This document shows, in pieces, positions 9,102-18,441 of a DNA stretch of 64,000 nt; positions within the stretch are counted from its first letter, which is position 1, and the number at the start of each line of letters is the position of its first letter. Source of the stretch: Parcubacteria bacterium DG_74_1 (lineage in GTDB: Bacteria; Patescibacteriota; Minisyncoccia; Minisyncoccales; DG-74-1); contig LJNE01000001.1 in the NCBI GenBank assembly GCA_001303125.1, forward strand, positions 81,737 through 145,736, in the 5' to 3' direction. Below the pieces are notes generated by a model that searched no databases, had not been told where the DNA came from, and was given only the letters and a program-made list of their open reading frames with translations. A program made the translations under genes and the position numbers.

Positions 9102-10256
9102 TTATTTTTTAGCTGTCTTTTTTAAAAATTCTTGATGGAGCTTCATGTGCCCTTTTTGGATACCTTCGGTGCCCAAAACTGAAAGGGCGGCCAAATTGTT
9201 AGCCAAACCAACAGAAGCTGCGACAATACCCAATTCTTGAGCGTTTTTTACTCCTAAAATTTTCAGGGCCAATCTGGATTTTTTTGTTGCAGTAGCTCCG
9301 CCAACCGTGGCAATGGCTAGGGGAATTTTAATTTCTCCTTTCAGAAATTTTTTCTCCAGCCCCCATTTAGTTACTGGTTTATATTTTCCATCTTTGGCAG
9401 CAAAACTATGAACACCTGATTCAATCGCCCTGAAATCATTCCCGGTAGCCAAAGCTACCGCATCAATCCCGTTCATTACGCCCTTGTTATGGGTGACAGC
9501 CCGATAGATATCGTTTTCAGCCAACTTCTGACCGTATAGAATTCTTTGAGCGACTTTGGCTCCGGAAAACTCATCCAAGGCCAACTTCTCAATCGGAACC
9601 TTGCCCTTAATAGAAACAGTCCTCCTTTCTGCAAAATTAGAAATTATCCTTAGGCCAATTTCCGTCTTGACGATCTTAACAACAAAGAGAGCAATTTCTT
9701 CCAGCATAGTATTAACAAGGTTGGCTCCCATGGCATCTTTGGTATCAACAAACAGGTAAAGAACCAGAAAATTCTTTATTTTTTTAATTTCAAAGTCTTT
9801 TGCTCCGCCAGAAATCGACAAAAGAAATTTATTAGTTTCGTTAGCCTTTTTTAAAATCTCTTTTTTATTTTTAAAAATTTCTCTCTTTGCCCGCTCAAAA
9901 TTTTTTATTCCAATTAACTGCAATTGGCCGATCATTTGGTTTCCTAAATATTTCCCAAAAAAACCACCGCCTTCTCTAACCAGTTTGGCTGCCCGAGAAG
10001 CAGCTGCTACGACCGAGGGCTCTTCAATTTCCATGGGCACAAAATAATCTTTGTTGTTAATCAAAAAATTACTAGCGATTTTAAAAGGACCGAAGTTATT
10101 CTCCAGGTCAACAAAATCAGGCAGTTTCTGATATTGATCAATCAGTTTTAAGTCTTTCTTATCTAAAGAAGAAAAGCTGGCAACAGTTTTTATTTTTTCT
10201 ACCAGCGGAAGTTGATGAAATTGAGAAAGAGAAGAAGTCATTGGCTTTCTCGCCAT
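9102..10256 (-). CDS. mvaA: HMG-CoA reductase (short, class II-like)
   Basis: DAMGANLVNTMLE and GTEGIQKGHMKLH motifs. Confidence 0.85.
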   Translation of the reverse strand: MARKPMTSSLSQFHQLPLVEKIKTVASFSSLDKKDLKLIDQYQKLPDFVDLENNFGPFKIASNFLINNKDYFVPMEIEEPSVVAAASRAAKLVREGGGFFGKYLGNQMIGQLQLIGIKNFERAKREIFKNKKEILKKANETNKFLLSISGGAKDFEIKKIKNFLVLYLFVDTKDAMGANLVNTMLEEIALFVVKIVKTEIGLRIISNFAERRTVSIKGKVPIEKLALDEFSGAKVAQRILYGQKLAENDIYRAVTHNKGVMNGIDAVALATGNDFRAIESGVHSFAAKDGKYKPVTKWGLEKKFLKGEIKIPLAIATVGGATATKKSRLALKILGVKNAQELGIVAASVGLANNLAALSVLGTEGIQKGHMKLHQEFLKKTAKK

Positions 10257-11401
10257 TTTAGATATTGTTTAATGGTTAGTTTTTTACCTCTTTTTAGTTG
10301 GGGACCGAGGTCACTCCTAAATTTCTTATTCGACAATACGGTTCCTTTAATACAAATCGAACTGGCGCCCCCGCCGTAGCCGTTAATACCAATCTCTTGA
10401 CCTTTTCTGGCCTTTTCTAGAACTCCAGCCAAGGAAATAAAAATAGAAGAGGTATAAGAGTTCCCAATATAAGGATTATATTTTAAACCCGGACTGAATT
10501 TCTGGCTAAAAAATTCTTTAAAATCTGGAGTTCCTCTAATCTCGTCAAGTTCTTTTTTGTATCCAGCGAAAAGGCTTGGTTTTTTAAGACATTCAGCCAG
10601 GGTAAGATGTTCTTTTTGTTTCAGCCTTTCGTGCCGCCAGAAAAGAGCCGCCACCCACTCAACGATTTTGGGAAAAGGTGTGTGCATAATAAAAAAATCA
10701 AATGTCTCCAAAAGCCCCTCCTTTTTTGTTTTTAAAAATTTTAGATTATTTTTCTTCCAGTCTTCTAGGGCTCTTTTTTGACATTCTAAAAAAGCCGGCT
10801 TGGTTAATGCTCCATCAACTCGAGGAAAAGGATAAGAAGAAGACGGAACCCTAAAATCATCAATATCGGCCGCATACTGACCTAAGTTCTGATAATCCAA
10901 ACTTAAGATTTTTGGTTTGTTCTCAATTCTCATAGCTACAGCCGCGCAGCCCTGGGTTACTTCGGCCTTAGGATCTTCTTGACGGTAAATAGAGCGGTCA
11001 ATAGAGAGAGCGACAGCCGGCTTACCAGAATTAGCCTGGTTATACTCACAGGCTGAAATTAATGCCTGTAATCCTCCCAAACAGGCAAATTTATATTGAA
11101 AAGGAACGCTTTTTAGTCCTAATTTATGATTAAGAATTTTGACACTCAGGGGCTTAGAGGCGTCTGGATCCGATTCAGTACCAATATAAAACCTTTCTAC
11201 GTCTTTGAAGTTAATTTTCAAAAGGGCTTCTACGGCCAGTTCAGTAATAGAAATTTTATAAGGAACCCTGGCCTCAACCACGCCTAAACCCTTACCGGTA
11301 TAAGCTGAAGGAATTTTTCTTTTTTTTGCCAATTCTCCAATTGAAATGAAATGTTTTGGAACGGCAATGCCGATTTGTGAAATTCCGACCTGAGAAACCA
11401 T
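10238..11401 (-). CDS. mvaS: HMG-CoA synthase
   Basis: Catalytic-Cys block KFACLGGLQAL, then HTPFPKIV and GNSYTSSIF. Confidence 0.85.
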   Translation of the reverse strand: MVSQVGISQIGIAVPKHFISIGELAKKRKIPSAYTGKGLGVVEARVPYKISITELAVEALLKINFKDVERFYIGTESDPDASKPLSVKILNHKLGLKSVPFQYKFACLGGLQALISACEYNQANSGKPAVALSIDRSIYRQEDPKAEVTQGCAAVAMRIENKPKILSLDYQNLGQYAADIDDFRVPSSSYPFPRVDGALTKPAFLECQKRALEDWKKNNLKFLKTKKEGLLETFDFFIMHTPFPKIVEWVAALFWRHERLKQKEHLTLAECLKKPSLFAGYKKELDEIRGTPDFKEFFSQKFSPGLKYNPYIGNSYTSSIFISLAGVLEKARKGQEIGINGYGGGASSICIKGTVLSNKKFRSDLGPQLKRGKKLTIKQYLKWRESQ

Positions 11402-11405
11402 AATT

Positions 11406-11912
11406 TTATTTTTTTCGACTTTTTATTTTTCTAAGAATAATTTTAAACCAGGGCGTATATTTTTTTGGATTTTTTTTAATGTCAGCTTTCAAGTCCTTTA
11501 ATTTGACCCACCGCCAGTCAGCCACCTCTTTTTTGCTGGGCTTAGGGCTTCCATCAAATTTACCGAGAAAAACATGGTCAAATTCATGTTCAATAAGACT
11601 ATCAAGCTTTGCTTTATAGACAAAATTAAAAACTTCTTTTAATTTACAATTAATACCCATTTCCTCTTTTAACCTCCTTTCGGCTGCCGATTTTACTTCT
11701 TCTCTTGGTCTAGGATGAGAACAGCAGGTGTTTGTCCAGAGTCCCGGAGAGTGATATTTCGATTTGGTTCTTTTCTGGATTAGGGTTTCTCCTTTTTTAT
11801 TAAACAGGAGTACGGAAAAAGCCCGATGTAGTTTTCCCACCCGATGGGCTTTCATTTTTTCTTCTGTCCCAATAGTTTCGTTTTTTTTGTTAACTAAAAC
11901 AATCCTCTCCAC
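11406..11912 (-). CDS. idi: Isopentenyl-diphosphate delta-isomerase, type 1 (Nudix)
   Basis: HRAFSVLLFN, WTNTCCSHP and EHEFDHVF motifs. Confidence 0.85.
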   Translation of the reverse strand: MERIVLVNKKNETIGTEEKMKAHRVGKLHRAFSVLLFNKKGETLIQKRTKSKYHSPGLWTNTCCSHPRPREEVKSAAERRLKEEMGINCKLKEVFNFVYKAKLDSLIEHEFDHVFLGKFDGSPKPSKKEVADWRWVKLKDLKADIKKNPKKYTPWFKIILRKIKSRKK

Positions 11913-11918
11913 TTTTTT

Positions 11919-13016
11919 CTAAGTCTTTCTCTCAATTAAATAATTAATGAATTCTTCTAATTTGGCTTTTGCCTTTGAATCTGGTAATAATTTCTCGGCA
12001 TCCTGCCAACTCCCTCTAACGATTTTCCGGGCCACTTTTCTAGCATAATCTATGCTACCATATCTTTTAATAATTTCTATCGCCTCATTCCTCTCTTTCA
12101 AATTATTGGTGTGTTTATTCAGTATTTCTAATAACCTTTTCTTGTCTTTTGAGCTGGCTTTCTTCAAGGCATGAATAACAATTAAGGTTCTTTTGCCTTC
12201 CTTAATATCGTTACCAAAACTCTTGCCAAATTTTTTTCTTTCTTTCCCCTCTAGGGCCAGGTCTAGAATATCATCTTGGATCTGAAAGGCGACTCCAATG
12301 GCTTCTGCCATTTTACCGATATTTTTAGCTAGTTTATCGCTTTCTCCCGAGAGAACGACTGCCATCTTGGCGGCTAAACGGGAAAGGCAACCGGTCTTGA
12401 AAGCGCACATTTGTAAATACTCCTTTTGATTAATTTTCTTAACCTTTCCCTTATGCCAATAGATGTCGGTACCTTGGCCAAGGTGAATGTTGATCATGTC
12501 CTGGGCATAAATTTTGTAAGCTTTAGCTAAAACTTTAGGTTTAAATTTGTTTTTGGCTTTTATTAAGGTTAGCAAGGGTAGAAAATAGAGGAAATTTCCA
12601 GCATTGACGGCTACATCAACTCCGAAAACTCTATGCAAACAGGGTTTCCCCCTTCTCAACTCCCCCTGATCTTCAACGTCATCAGTTATAATAGACCCGT
12701 CATGCGCCAACTCAGGGATAATCAAAAAATCTTTAACTTTTCTGATATCGCCGCCGACAGCTTCGGTAATCAATAAAAACAAAGTTGGTCGCCACCTTTT
12801 TCCGCCTCGGTCCAAAAACTCATAGATGGGCCTAATAAGAACTTCTTGAGCCGCTTTTTGACTATAAAAATAACGAGGTTTTCCGAAAGTAAACTCTAGC
12901 CATTTTTTGGTAGCCTTCCGCGGGAGATATTTTTCAATCAGCTTGTCAATCTCCGGTTTTTTCTTTTCTAAATAATCCTCTATCCCCTCTTTCTTTATTT
13001 TGGTTTGACTAGGCAT
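11919..13016 (-). CDS. Polyprenyl diphosphate synthase (chain length not determinable)
   Basis: Asp-rich motifs ITDDVEDQGELRRGKP and FQIQDDILD. Confidence 0.85.
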   Translation of the reverse strand: MPSQTKIKKEGIEDYLEKKKPEIDKLIEKYLPRKATKKWLEFTFGKPRYFYSQKAAQEVLIRPIYEFLDRGGKRWRPTLFLLITEAVGGDIRKVKDFLIIPELAHDGSIITDDVEDQGELRRGKPCLHRVFGVDVAVNAGNFLYFLPLLTLIKAKNKFKPKVLAKAYKIYAQDMINIHLGQGTDIYWHKGKVKKINQKEYLQMCAFKTGCLSRLAAKMAVVLSGESDKLAKNIGKMAEAIGVAFQIQDDILDLALEGKERKKFGKSFGNDIKEGKRTLIVIHALKKASSKDKKRLLEILNKHTNNLKERNEAIEIIKRYGSIDYARKVARKIVRGSWQDAEKLLPDSKAKAKLEEFINYLIERKT

Positions 13017-13020
13017 AAAC

Positions 13021-14163
13021 TCAGTGTTTAGAGCGAGCGTATCCTTTATAAATCAGGATAAGCTTAAGAAGCTTGAAAATATTTTTTCTCAAATTTGGTT
13101 TTGATAAAAAATTAGGGAGGGCAGAAAGGTTTTTCAAATAAAAAATATCTCCCCCGGCTTCTTCTAAAACTTCTCCAACTTCATTCAGGCTTTTATTGTT
13201 AAGCGAGTATAGAATTTCCTGGACCAAAAATAAATTTTCATTAAAACAAGAAAGGAATCTAATTTTTGATGGATAAGAGTCGGTATTCCCTGAAAGGATA
13301 CACTTGGCCGCCTGCTCTCCAGCAATCATGGCATTGCCAACCCCACCACCTGTTATCGGATCAACCATAGCACCGGCATCACCAACTAAAAGCGCATTAT
13401 CTTTTACTAATTTTATAGGTTTCTTTACTAGCGGGATCACGCCGCTGATATTCTTCAAAAGGCGACAATCGCCAAAATCTTTTTTAATGGTGTTTTCCAT
13501 AAAATCTTTGAGCACGGCCTGAAGATTTATTCTTCCTCCAGAGCCCAAGCCGATATTGGCCGTGTTTTTTGATTTAGGAAAAATCCAGACATAACCTGAA
13601 GGACATCTTTCTTGGTTGAAATAAAGCTTCATGGTATGACAATCCATTTCTTTTTCAACCTCAACCAAATATTGAAGACATGGATAAATCTCTACTTTCT
13701 CTTGAAAAACCTTTCTTCTAATGATTGAAGTAGGACCGTCGGCGCCAATAAGATATTTTGATTCAAAATTATCGCCATCCTGCGTTTTTACCCGCCAAAC
13801 TTCCCCCTCTTTTCTGACGTCAGTTACTCTTTTTTGAAGCCGAATTTCTGCCCGACATTGTTTGGCTAGAAATTTTTCAAAATTTACCCTGTCTAAAATA
13901 TAGCCTCCTTCTTTTGTTGAAAGATTGGCGGTTTTGCCATTTGGCAAAACCGCTTGACTCTTATTAATGGTAGCGGAAATCCAGTTCGGATCGGGCTGAA
14001 TACCAAGTCTATCTAAAAAATATCTGGCTAATCCTTCGGCGCACTGAACTGGCTTACCGATTTCTTCTTTCTGTTCCAAGATTAGAGCATCATCCAGATC
14101 TCTCCCGCAGATTAAGCCACCAGGACCAGCCCCAATGATAATTGTTTCAAAATTTTTTTTCAT
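13021..14163 (-). CDS. Geranylgeranyl reductase family flavoprotein
   Basis: IIIGAGPGG dinucleotide fold and the LVGDAGAMVDPITGGGVGNAM block typical of GGR/digeranylgeranylglycerophospholipid reductases. Confidence 0.75.
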   Translation of the reverse strand: MKKNFETIIIGAGPGGLICGRDLDDALILEQKEEIGKPVQCAEGLARYFLDRLGIQPDPNWISATINKSQAVLPNGKTANLSTKEGGYILDRVNFEKFLAKQCRAEIRLQKRVTDVRKEGEVWRVKTQDGDNFESKYLIGADGPTSIIRRKVFQEKVEIYPCLQYLVEVEKEMDCHTMKLYFNQERCPSGYVWIFPKSKNTANIGLGSGGRINLQAVLKDFMENTIKKDFGDCRLLKNISGVIPLVKKPIKLVKDNALLVGDAGAMVDPITGGGVGNAMIAGEQAAKCILSGNTDSYPSKIRFLSCFNENLFLVQEILYSLNNKSLNEVGEVLEEAGGDIFYLKNLSALPNFLSKPNLRKNIFKLLKLILIYKGYARSKH

Positions 14164-14190
14164 ATTGGCAGATTATATAAATGTCACGAG

Positions 14191-15015
14191 TCACCACGAG
14201 TAGAGCGTTGATGCCACTATAGCAGCATAAGAGAGGATCCCATAATAAGTATCTATCATTTGAAAGTTTCTCCTAAAGAGGAACAGAAAGAGAAAGAGGC
14301 AACTTAAAATTAAGAATAAAAATAAAAAATTTTGAGAAAGCATAAAGAAGGCCGGAAAGAGGGCCAAGGGATAAAAAAAAGCTAGGTACTTTAAGAGGTT
14401 TTCTGATTTTTTATAACCAAGGAAACAGACAGTAGTTTGCAGACCAGCCTGGAAATCTGATCGATAATCTTCTAAATGATTTCTTGTTTCTAACATAACT
14501 GACAAATAAAAAATAGAAAAAGTAACTAAATAGTGAAAGGTGGTTAATCTTGAACCAAAAACTAAAAAGGGGAAGAGAAAAATTAAGACTCCAGCAAAAA
14601 GGCCATGAGAAATTAAATCCAAAAAGGGTCTTGATTTCATTCTTAAGGGCGGGGCGGAATAAAAAAACCCGATCAAGCCGGCAATCAAAACGAACAAAAA
14701 TATCTCTGCCCCGAAGTAACTTGACAGAAACAAAGCTAAAATACCAGGAGAGACCGAAAAAAGAAAGTTTTTCTTATTCTGAACCAAAAGATCCTTTACC
14801 TCTCCCTTTTCTTTATCTTCTTTAATATCGAAAAAATTATTAACCGAAAAACCAAAAGCTAAAAGCAGAACGACAATGACCCAAAAAAGTAAGATGCCTA
14901 GGGGCGGTGCGAGAAAACCTTTAGCAACAACGAACCCTAAAACACCCAATCCAAACCAAGCTCGCCAGTCTTTCATTCGATAATAATTAAGGAAAGATTT
15001 AAAATTGAGTGACAT
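14191..15015 (-). CDS. UbiA-superfamily prenyltransferase (polytopic membrane protein)
   Basis: NNFFDIKEDKEKG (NxxxDxxxD) and LEDYRSDFQAG second Asp motif. About 8 hydrophobic segments. Confidence 0.75.
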   Translation of the reverse strand: MSLNFKSFLNYYRMKDWRAWFGLGVLGFVVAKGFLAPPLGILLFWVIVVLLLAFGFSVNNFFDIKEDKEKGEVKDLLVQNKKNFLFSVSPGILALFLSSYFGAEIFLFVLIAGLIGFFYSAPPLRMKSRPFLDLISHGLFAGVLIFLFPFLVFGSRLTTFHYLVTFSIFYLSVMLETRNHLEDYRSDFQAGLQTTVCFLGYKKSENLLKYLAFFYPLALFPAFFMLSQNFLFLFLILSCLFLFLFLFRRNFQMIDTYYGILSYAAIVASTLYSW

Positions 15016-15755
15016 TAGATGGCTAAGCCGCCGTCGATGTTAACTACTTCACCGGTAATGAAACTAGCCTCGTCTGAAGCTAGAAAGGCGACCAAACTGG
15101 CAACCTCTTCCGGTTTGCCAAACCGTCCCAAGGAAGTCAATTTTAAAACCGTCTGCCTAACCTCTTGAGGTACTGTTTCTGTCAATTTTGATTCAATAAA
15201 CCCTGGAGCCACGGCATTAACTCTTATCCCCAACTTTCCGACTTCTTTAGCTAGGGATTTGGTAAAACCAATAATACCGGCTTTGGCGGCAGCATAATTT
15301 GCCTGACCAAAATTTCCTCTTTGACCCACCAAAGAAGAAACACTAACAATCTTTCCCTGGCTCTGGATGAGTAAGGGTAAGGCAGCTTTTGAGCAATTAA
15401 AAACTCCTGTCAAATCGATATCAATCACTCTTTGCCATTCTTCTTTGGTCATTTTAGCTAGGGTTCGATCGGCACAAATTCCAGCATTATTTACCAAAAC
15501 ATCCAATCGGCCAAACTCTTTATGGATTTGCTGGACCATTTTCTCCACTTCTTCTAGCCTTGAGACGTCAGCAAAAAAATACTTTGCTTCGGCTGTTTGT
15601 TTTTCAATTTCTTCCTTAACTTTCTTTAAATTTTCTTCCTGACTCCCAATATCATTCAGGGCAATTCTCCCTCCCAAAGAAGCGAACTTTAAAGCGGTAG
15701 ACCTGCCAATTCCCTGAGAAGCGCCGGTAATTAAAATAACCTTATCTTTAAACAT
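15015..15755 (-). CDS. fabG: 3-oxoacyl-ACP reductase / SDR
   Basis: TGASQGIGRSTA, NNAG and YAAAKAG motifs. Confidence 0.8.
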   Translation of the reverse strand: MFKDKVILITGASQGIGRSTALKFASLGGRIALNDIGSQEENLKKVKEEIEKQTAEAKYFFADVSRLEEVEKMVQQIHKEFGRLDVLVNNAGICADRTLAKMTKEEWQRVIDIDLTGVFNCSKAALPLLIQSQGKIVSVSSLVGQRGNFGQANYAAAKAGIIGFTKSLAKEVGKLGIRVNAVAPGFIESKLTETVPQEVRQTVLKLTSLGRFGKPEEVASLVAFLASDEASFITGEVVNIDGGLAI

Positions 15756-15757
15756 GT

Positions 15758-16840
15758 CTAATATTTTTCAACTTCGTATTGAACTTCTTTAATTTTTCTG
15801 CCGACAATCGGAATATCATCAATTTTAACCCTTTTAAGATATTCTGGCAATTCTCTTGTCATAGTAACTTCAGCGAAAATTCTATCTAAGTTTAAAGGGT
15901 TAAAGCTGCCAAAAATTAGATTCAGGTGGGCGACAAACTGATCCGTTTTTTGAATCGATTGAGCCTCGGCCAGAGTAAAATATCGTGGTAAAACTTTATT
16001 TAAATTTTCAATAATTTGTTCTTCGGAGTGCAGATACTTTAAACCAAGGTAATTTTCCTTTTTCAAAAACTTTAAAATATTTTCGCTGGCTGAAGCTTTC
16101 CCGATTTTTAAAATTGGCAAGTTGGCAATTAAGTCGGCCTTGAAAACTTCTTCGGAAATCTCAAAACTAAAATCTCCTTCTCCCTTCTTAATAAAATCGG
16201 TTTTAGCCAGATCTAAGGGTAAAATTCTATAATTTTGACAAACCTTGAGTAGTTGGGATTTTTGAGCTGCGGCCTCGATAGGCGTTTCGTCAAAACTTTG
16301 GCCAGCAACCTTAATGTTCTCCAATCTCACCCCTCGTCCCATTAAATATTTAATAAGGCTTTCTAAGAATTGAGGGCTAGTGTTTTCAGCAAAATGAGGA
16401 TGCCTCGGTAAAACTAAGGTCGGTAAAATCAAGATCTTAAAGTCCTGCCTAACATCAATTCCGTCAAATAATTCAACCACTTTTTCTATTCCTTCTAGAA
16501 CATCGTACTTTATCCGCCAAACGGCGACCGTGTTACTCTCGGTTGTTGTTTCAATTTTAAGCTCCTCACCGATTCGGTATTCTTCAACGCTTTTCCAGAC
16601 CCATTTATTCCCTTTTTCATCTTCCAAAACCAAAACAAAATAGGGAATTTTAGGATGAAACATTGTTGGAATAGTCACTCTAGAGACTCCAATTACTTTA
16701 ACTTTTTCAGACTTTATCTTTTCTAATGCCGAAAAACACTCCGGACATTTTTCAATCGGATACTGCCAAACTTTTTTACATTTTTGACATTTATAGAACA
16801 TGGTATAATTACTTCTATATGAAAACTTATTTTTTGCCAA
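15758..16840 (-). CDS. DUF35-like Zn-ribbon/OB-fold protein fused to a C-terminal domain of about 240 aa (DUF362-like by my recollection)
   Basis: CQKCKKVWQYPIEKCPEC ribbon followed by an OB-like segment. The C-terminal half begins KILILPTLVLPRHPHFAENTSPQF. The start may be M14 at 16801. Confidence 0.55.
   Translation of the reverse strand: MAKNKFSYRSNYTMFYKCQKCKKVWQYPIEKCPECFSALEKIKSEKVKVIGVSRVTIPTMFHPKIPYFVLVLEDEKGNKWVWKSVEEYRIGEELKIETTTESNTVAVWRIKYDVLEGIEKVVELFDGIDVRQDFKILILPTLVLPRHPHFAENTSPQFLESLIKYLMGRGVRLENIKVAGQSFDETPIEAAAQKSQLLKVCQNYRILPLDLAKTDFIKKGEGDFSFEISEEVFKADLIANLPILKIGKASASENILKFLKKENYLGLKYLHSEEQIIENLNKVLPRYFTLAEAQSIQKTDQFVAHLNLIFGSFNPLNLDRIFAEVTMTRELPEYLKRVKIDDIPIVGRKIKEVQYEVEKY
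16801..16809 (+). promoter_or_regulatory. Extended -10 (TGgTATAAT) 9 nt upstream of the DUF359 ATG
   Basis: tggtataat at 16801-16809, ATG at 16819. Confidence 0.5.
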
Positions 16841-17316
16841 AAGAGATAAGGCCGGAATTAAGAAAAATCTGGGGCATACCTCTTTTTAATGGAGAGGAAG
16901 AAGTTCTTAACAAGTTCCAGCAATTCGCCCAAAAAAAGAGGTTTAAAACGATAATTACCGTGGGTGATTATTGCTCTTTTGTTTTGCCTTCTGATATCAA
17001 GATTTTTGACGGAAAAATAAAGAGAGAGAAAATAAGAAGATTACTAAAATTCTCTCTTCGCTGTAATAACCCACCAGGAACTATTCAAAAGGGAGTCTGG
17101 CCGGTTATTAGAAAAGCGATTAAAAATAAGGAAAATGTTTTTATTGAAGGAGAAGAAGATCTTTTGGTTATCCCTACGGTTTTGCTCTCAGAAAAGAATA
17201 CGGCTGTAATTTACGGCTTTCCTGAAAAAGGGGTTTGCCTGATTGAAGTTTCGCCTCGGGTAAAAAAGACCTTTAAAGAGCTTCTTAAGAAGTTTTCCTT
17301 AAAATGTGGCAAGTGA
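16819..17316 (+). CDS. DUF359 / GTP-dependent dephospho-CoA kinase family (archaeal type)
   Basis: FLPKEIRPELRKIWG, IITVGDYCS, IFDGKIKRE, NPPGTI and EGEEDLLVIPTVL blocks match my memory of the COG1909 family. It is the only plus-strand gene in the lipid cluster. Confidence 0.7.
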   Translation: MKTYFLPKEIRPELRKIWGIPLFNGEEEVLNKFQQFAQKKRFKTIITVGDYCSFVLPSDIKIFDGKIKREKIRRLLKFSLRCNNPPGTIQKGVWPVIRKAIKNKENVFIEGEEDLLVIPTVLLSEKNTAVIYGFPEKGVCLIEVSPRVKKTFKELLKKFSLKCGK

Positions 17317-18415
17317 CACTTCCCCCGATTCCGCCAACATTATGACAGAGACCGATTTTAGGACTGTTTCGAACTTGCCGCTCCCCACATTTTCCTCTTA
17401 ATTGACTAACAATTTCATAGACCTGGGCTAATCCGGTAACAGAAATTGGATGACCCTTGGCTTTTAAACCACCTGAAGGATTAACCGGCAATCGACCGTC
17501 TAAATTAACCTTTCCTTGTCGGATTAATTCTGCCCCTTTGCCACTCTCGGCAAATCCTAAATCTTCATAAGAAAATAATTCAACCGAGGTAAAAGCGTCG
17601 TGAATTTCCGCTACTTGAATATCTTCCGGCTTTATTTTGGCTTCTTGGTACGCCTGCTCGGCCGCCAACTCGGTCGCCTGGAAATGCCAGGGCTCTTTTC
17701 TATCAAAGGTTAAAAGATAGTCAGTAGCAAAGCCGGATCCTGAAACTTCGACATCGGTTTTTTCTTTTGTTAAAATCGCTGCTGCCCCTCCATTAACCGA
17801 CAATGAGCAATCCATTAAACGAAAGGGGGAAGCAACAATTGGCGAGTTTTTAATTTCTTCCAGGGAAACCTTTCTTTGGTAGTAATAAGCTCGAGGGTTT
17901 AAGGCAGCATTTTGGTGGTTTTTATAAGCAATCAGGGCTAAATCATCCATAGTGGCGCCATATTTTAGCATGTATTGTTGCCAGACCAAAGCATTCTGAA
18001 CCGGAAAGAGAGTGCCTTCTGACTGCTCAATTACTCTTTCGGTGGCTGATAATATCCAGTGAGTAGTCACCTCGCTTTTGTTGTCAACGAGCTTTTCGCC
18101 GGAAACAGCCAAGATATTCTTGAATTTTCCCAGCCGCAAAGCCGTCCAAAAAGCTACTCCGCCACCAGCGCAAACCGAGGGTGTTTCAATGATCGGAACA
18201 TTTATCTTGAATAAATCAGCAAGTAAAGAAATTTTATGGGTCTGATGTTCTGAAAAACCATCGCAACTTTCCATGCCACTAAAGACAACGGCATCAATAT
18301 CAGAGATTTTCATTTTGACGTCTTCTAAGGCCTCAATGGTCGCTTCATAACAAAACTGCCACCAGGGTTTTTGAGAATAATCAAATTTTGTCATTCCTAC
18401 TCCTTTGATATACAT
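17285..18415 (-). CDS. Thiolase-like protein (archaeal/SCP-x type acetoacetyl-CoA thiolase)
   Basis: IKGVGMTKF N-terminus, active-site region ETPSVCAGGG, C-terminal CHNVGGIGGS. The start was chosen at M27 of the tracked ORF. M34 (18394) has an AAGGAG SD. Confidence 0.75.
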   Translation of the reverse strand: MYIKGVGMTKFDYSQKPWWQFCYEATIEALEDVKMKISDIDAVVFSGMESCDGFSEHQTHKISLLADLFKINVPIIETPSVCAGGGVAFWTALRLGKFKNILAVSGEKLVDNKSEVTTHWILSATERVIEQSEGTLFPVQNALVWQQYMLKYGATMDDLALIAYKNHQNAALNPRAYYYQRKVSLEEIKNSPIVASPFRLMDCSLSVNGGAAAILTKEKTDVEVSGSGFATDYLLTFDRKEPWHFQATELAAEQAYQEAKIKPEDIQVAEIHDAFTSVELFSYEDLGFAESGKGAELIRQGKVNLDGRLPVNPSGGLKAKGHPISVTGLAQVYEIVSQLRGKCGERQVRNSPKIGLCHNVGGIGGSVTCHILRKTS

Positions 18416-18441
18416 ATATAGTATATAAAAACCTGTAATGG

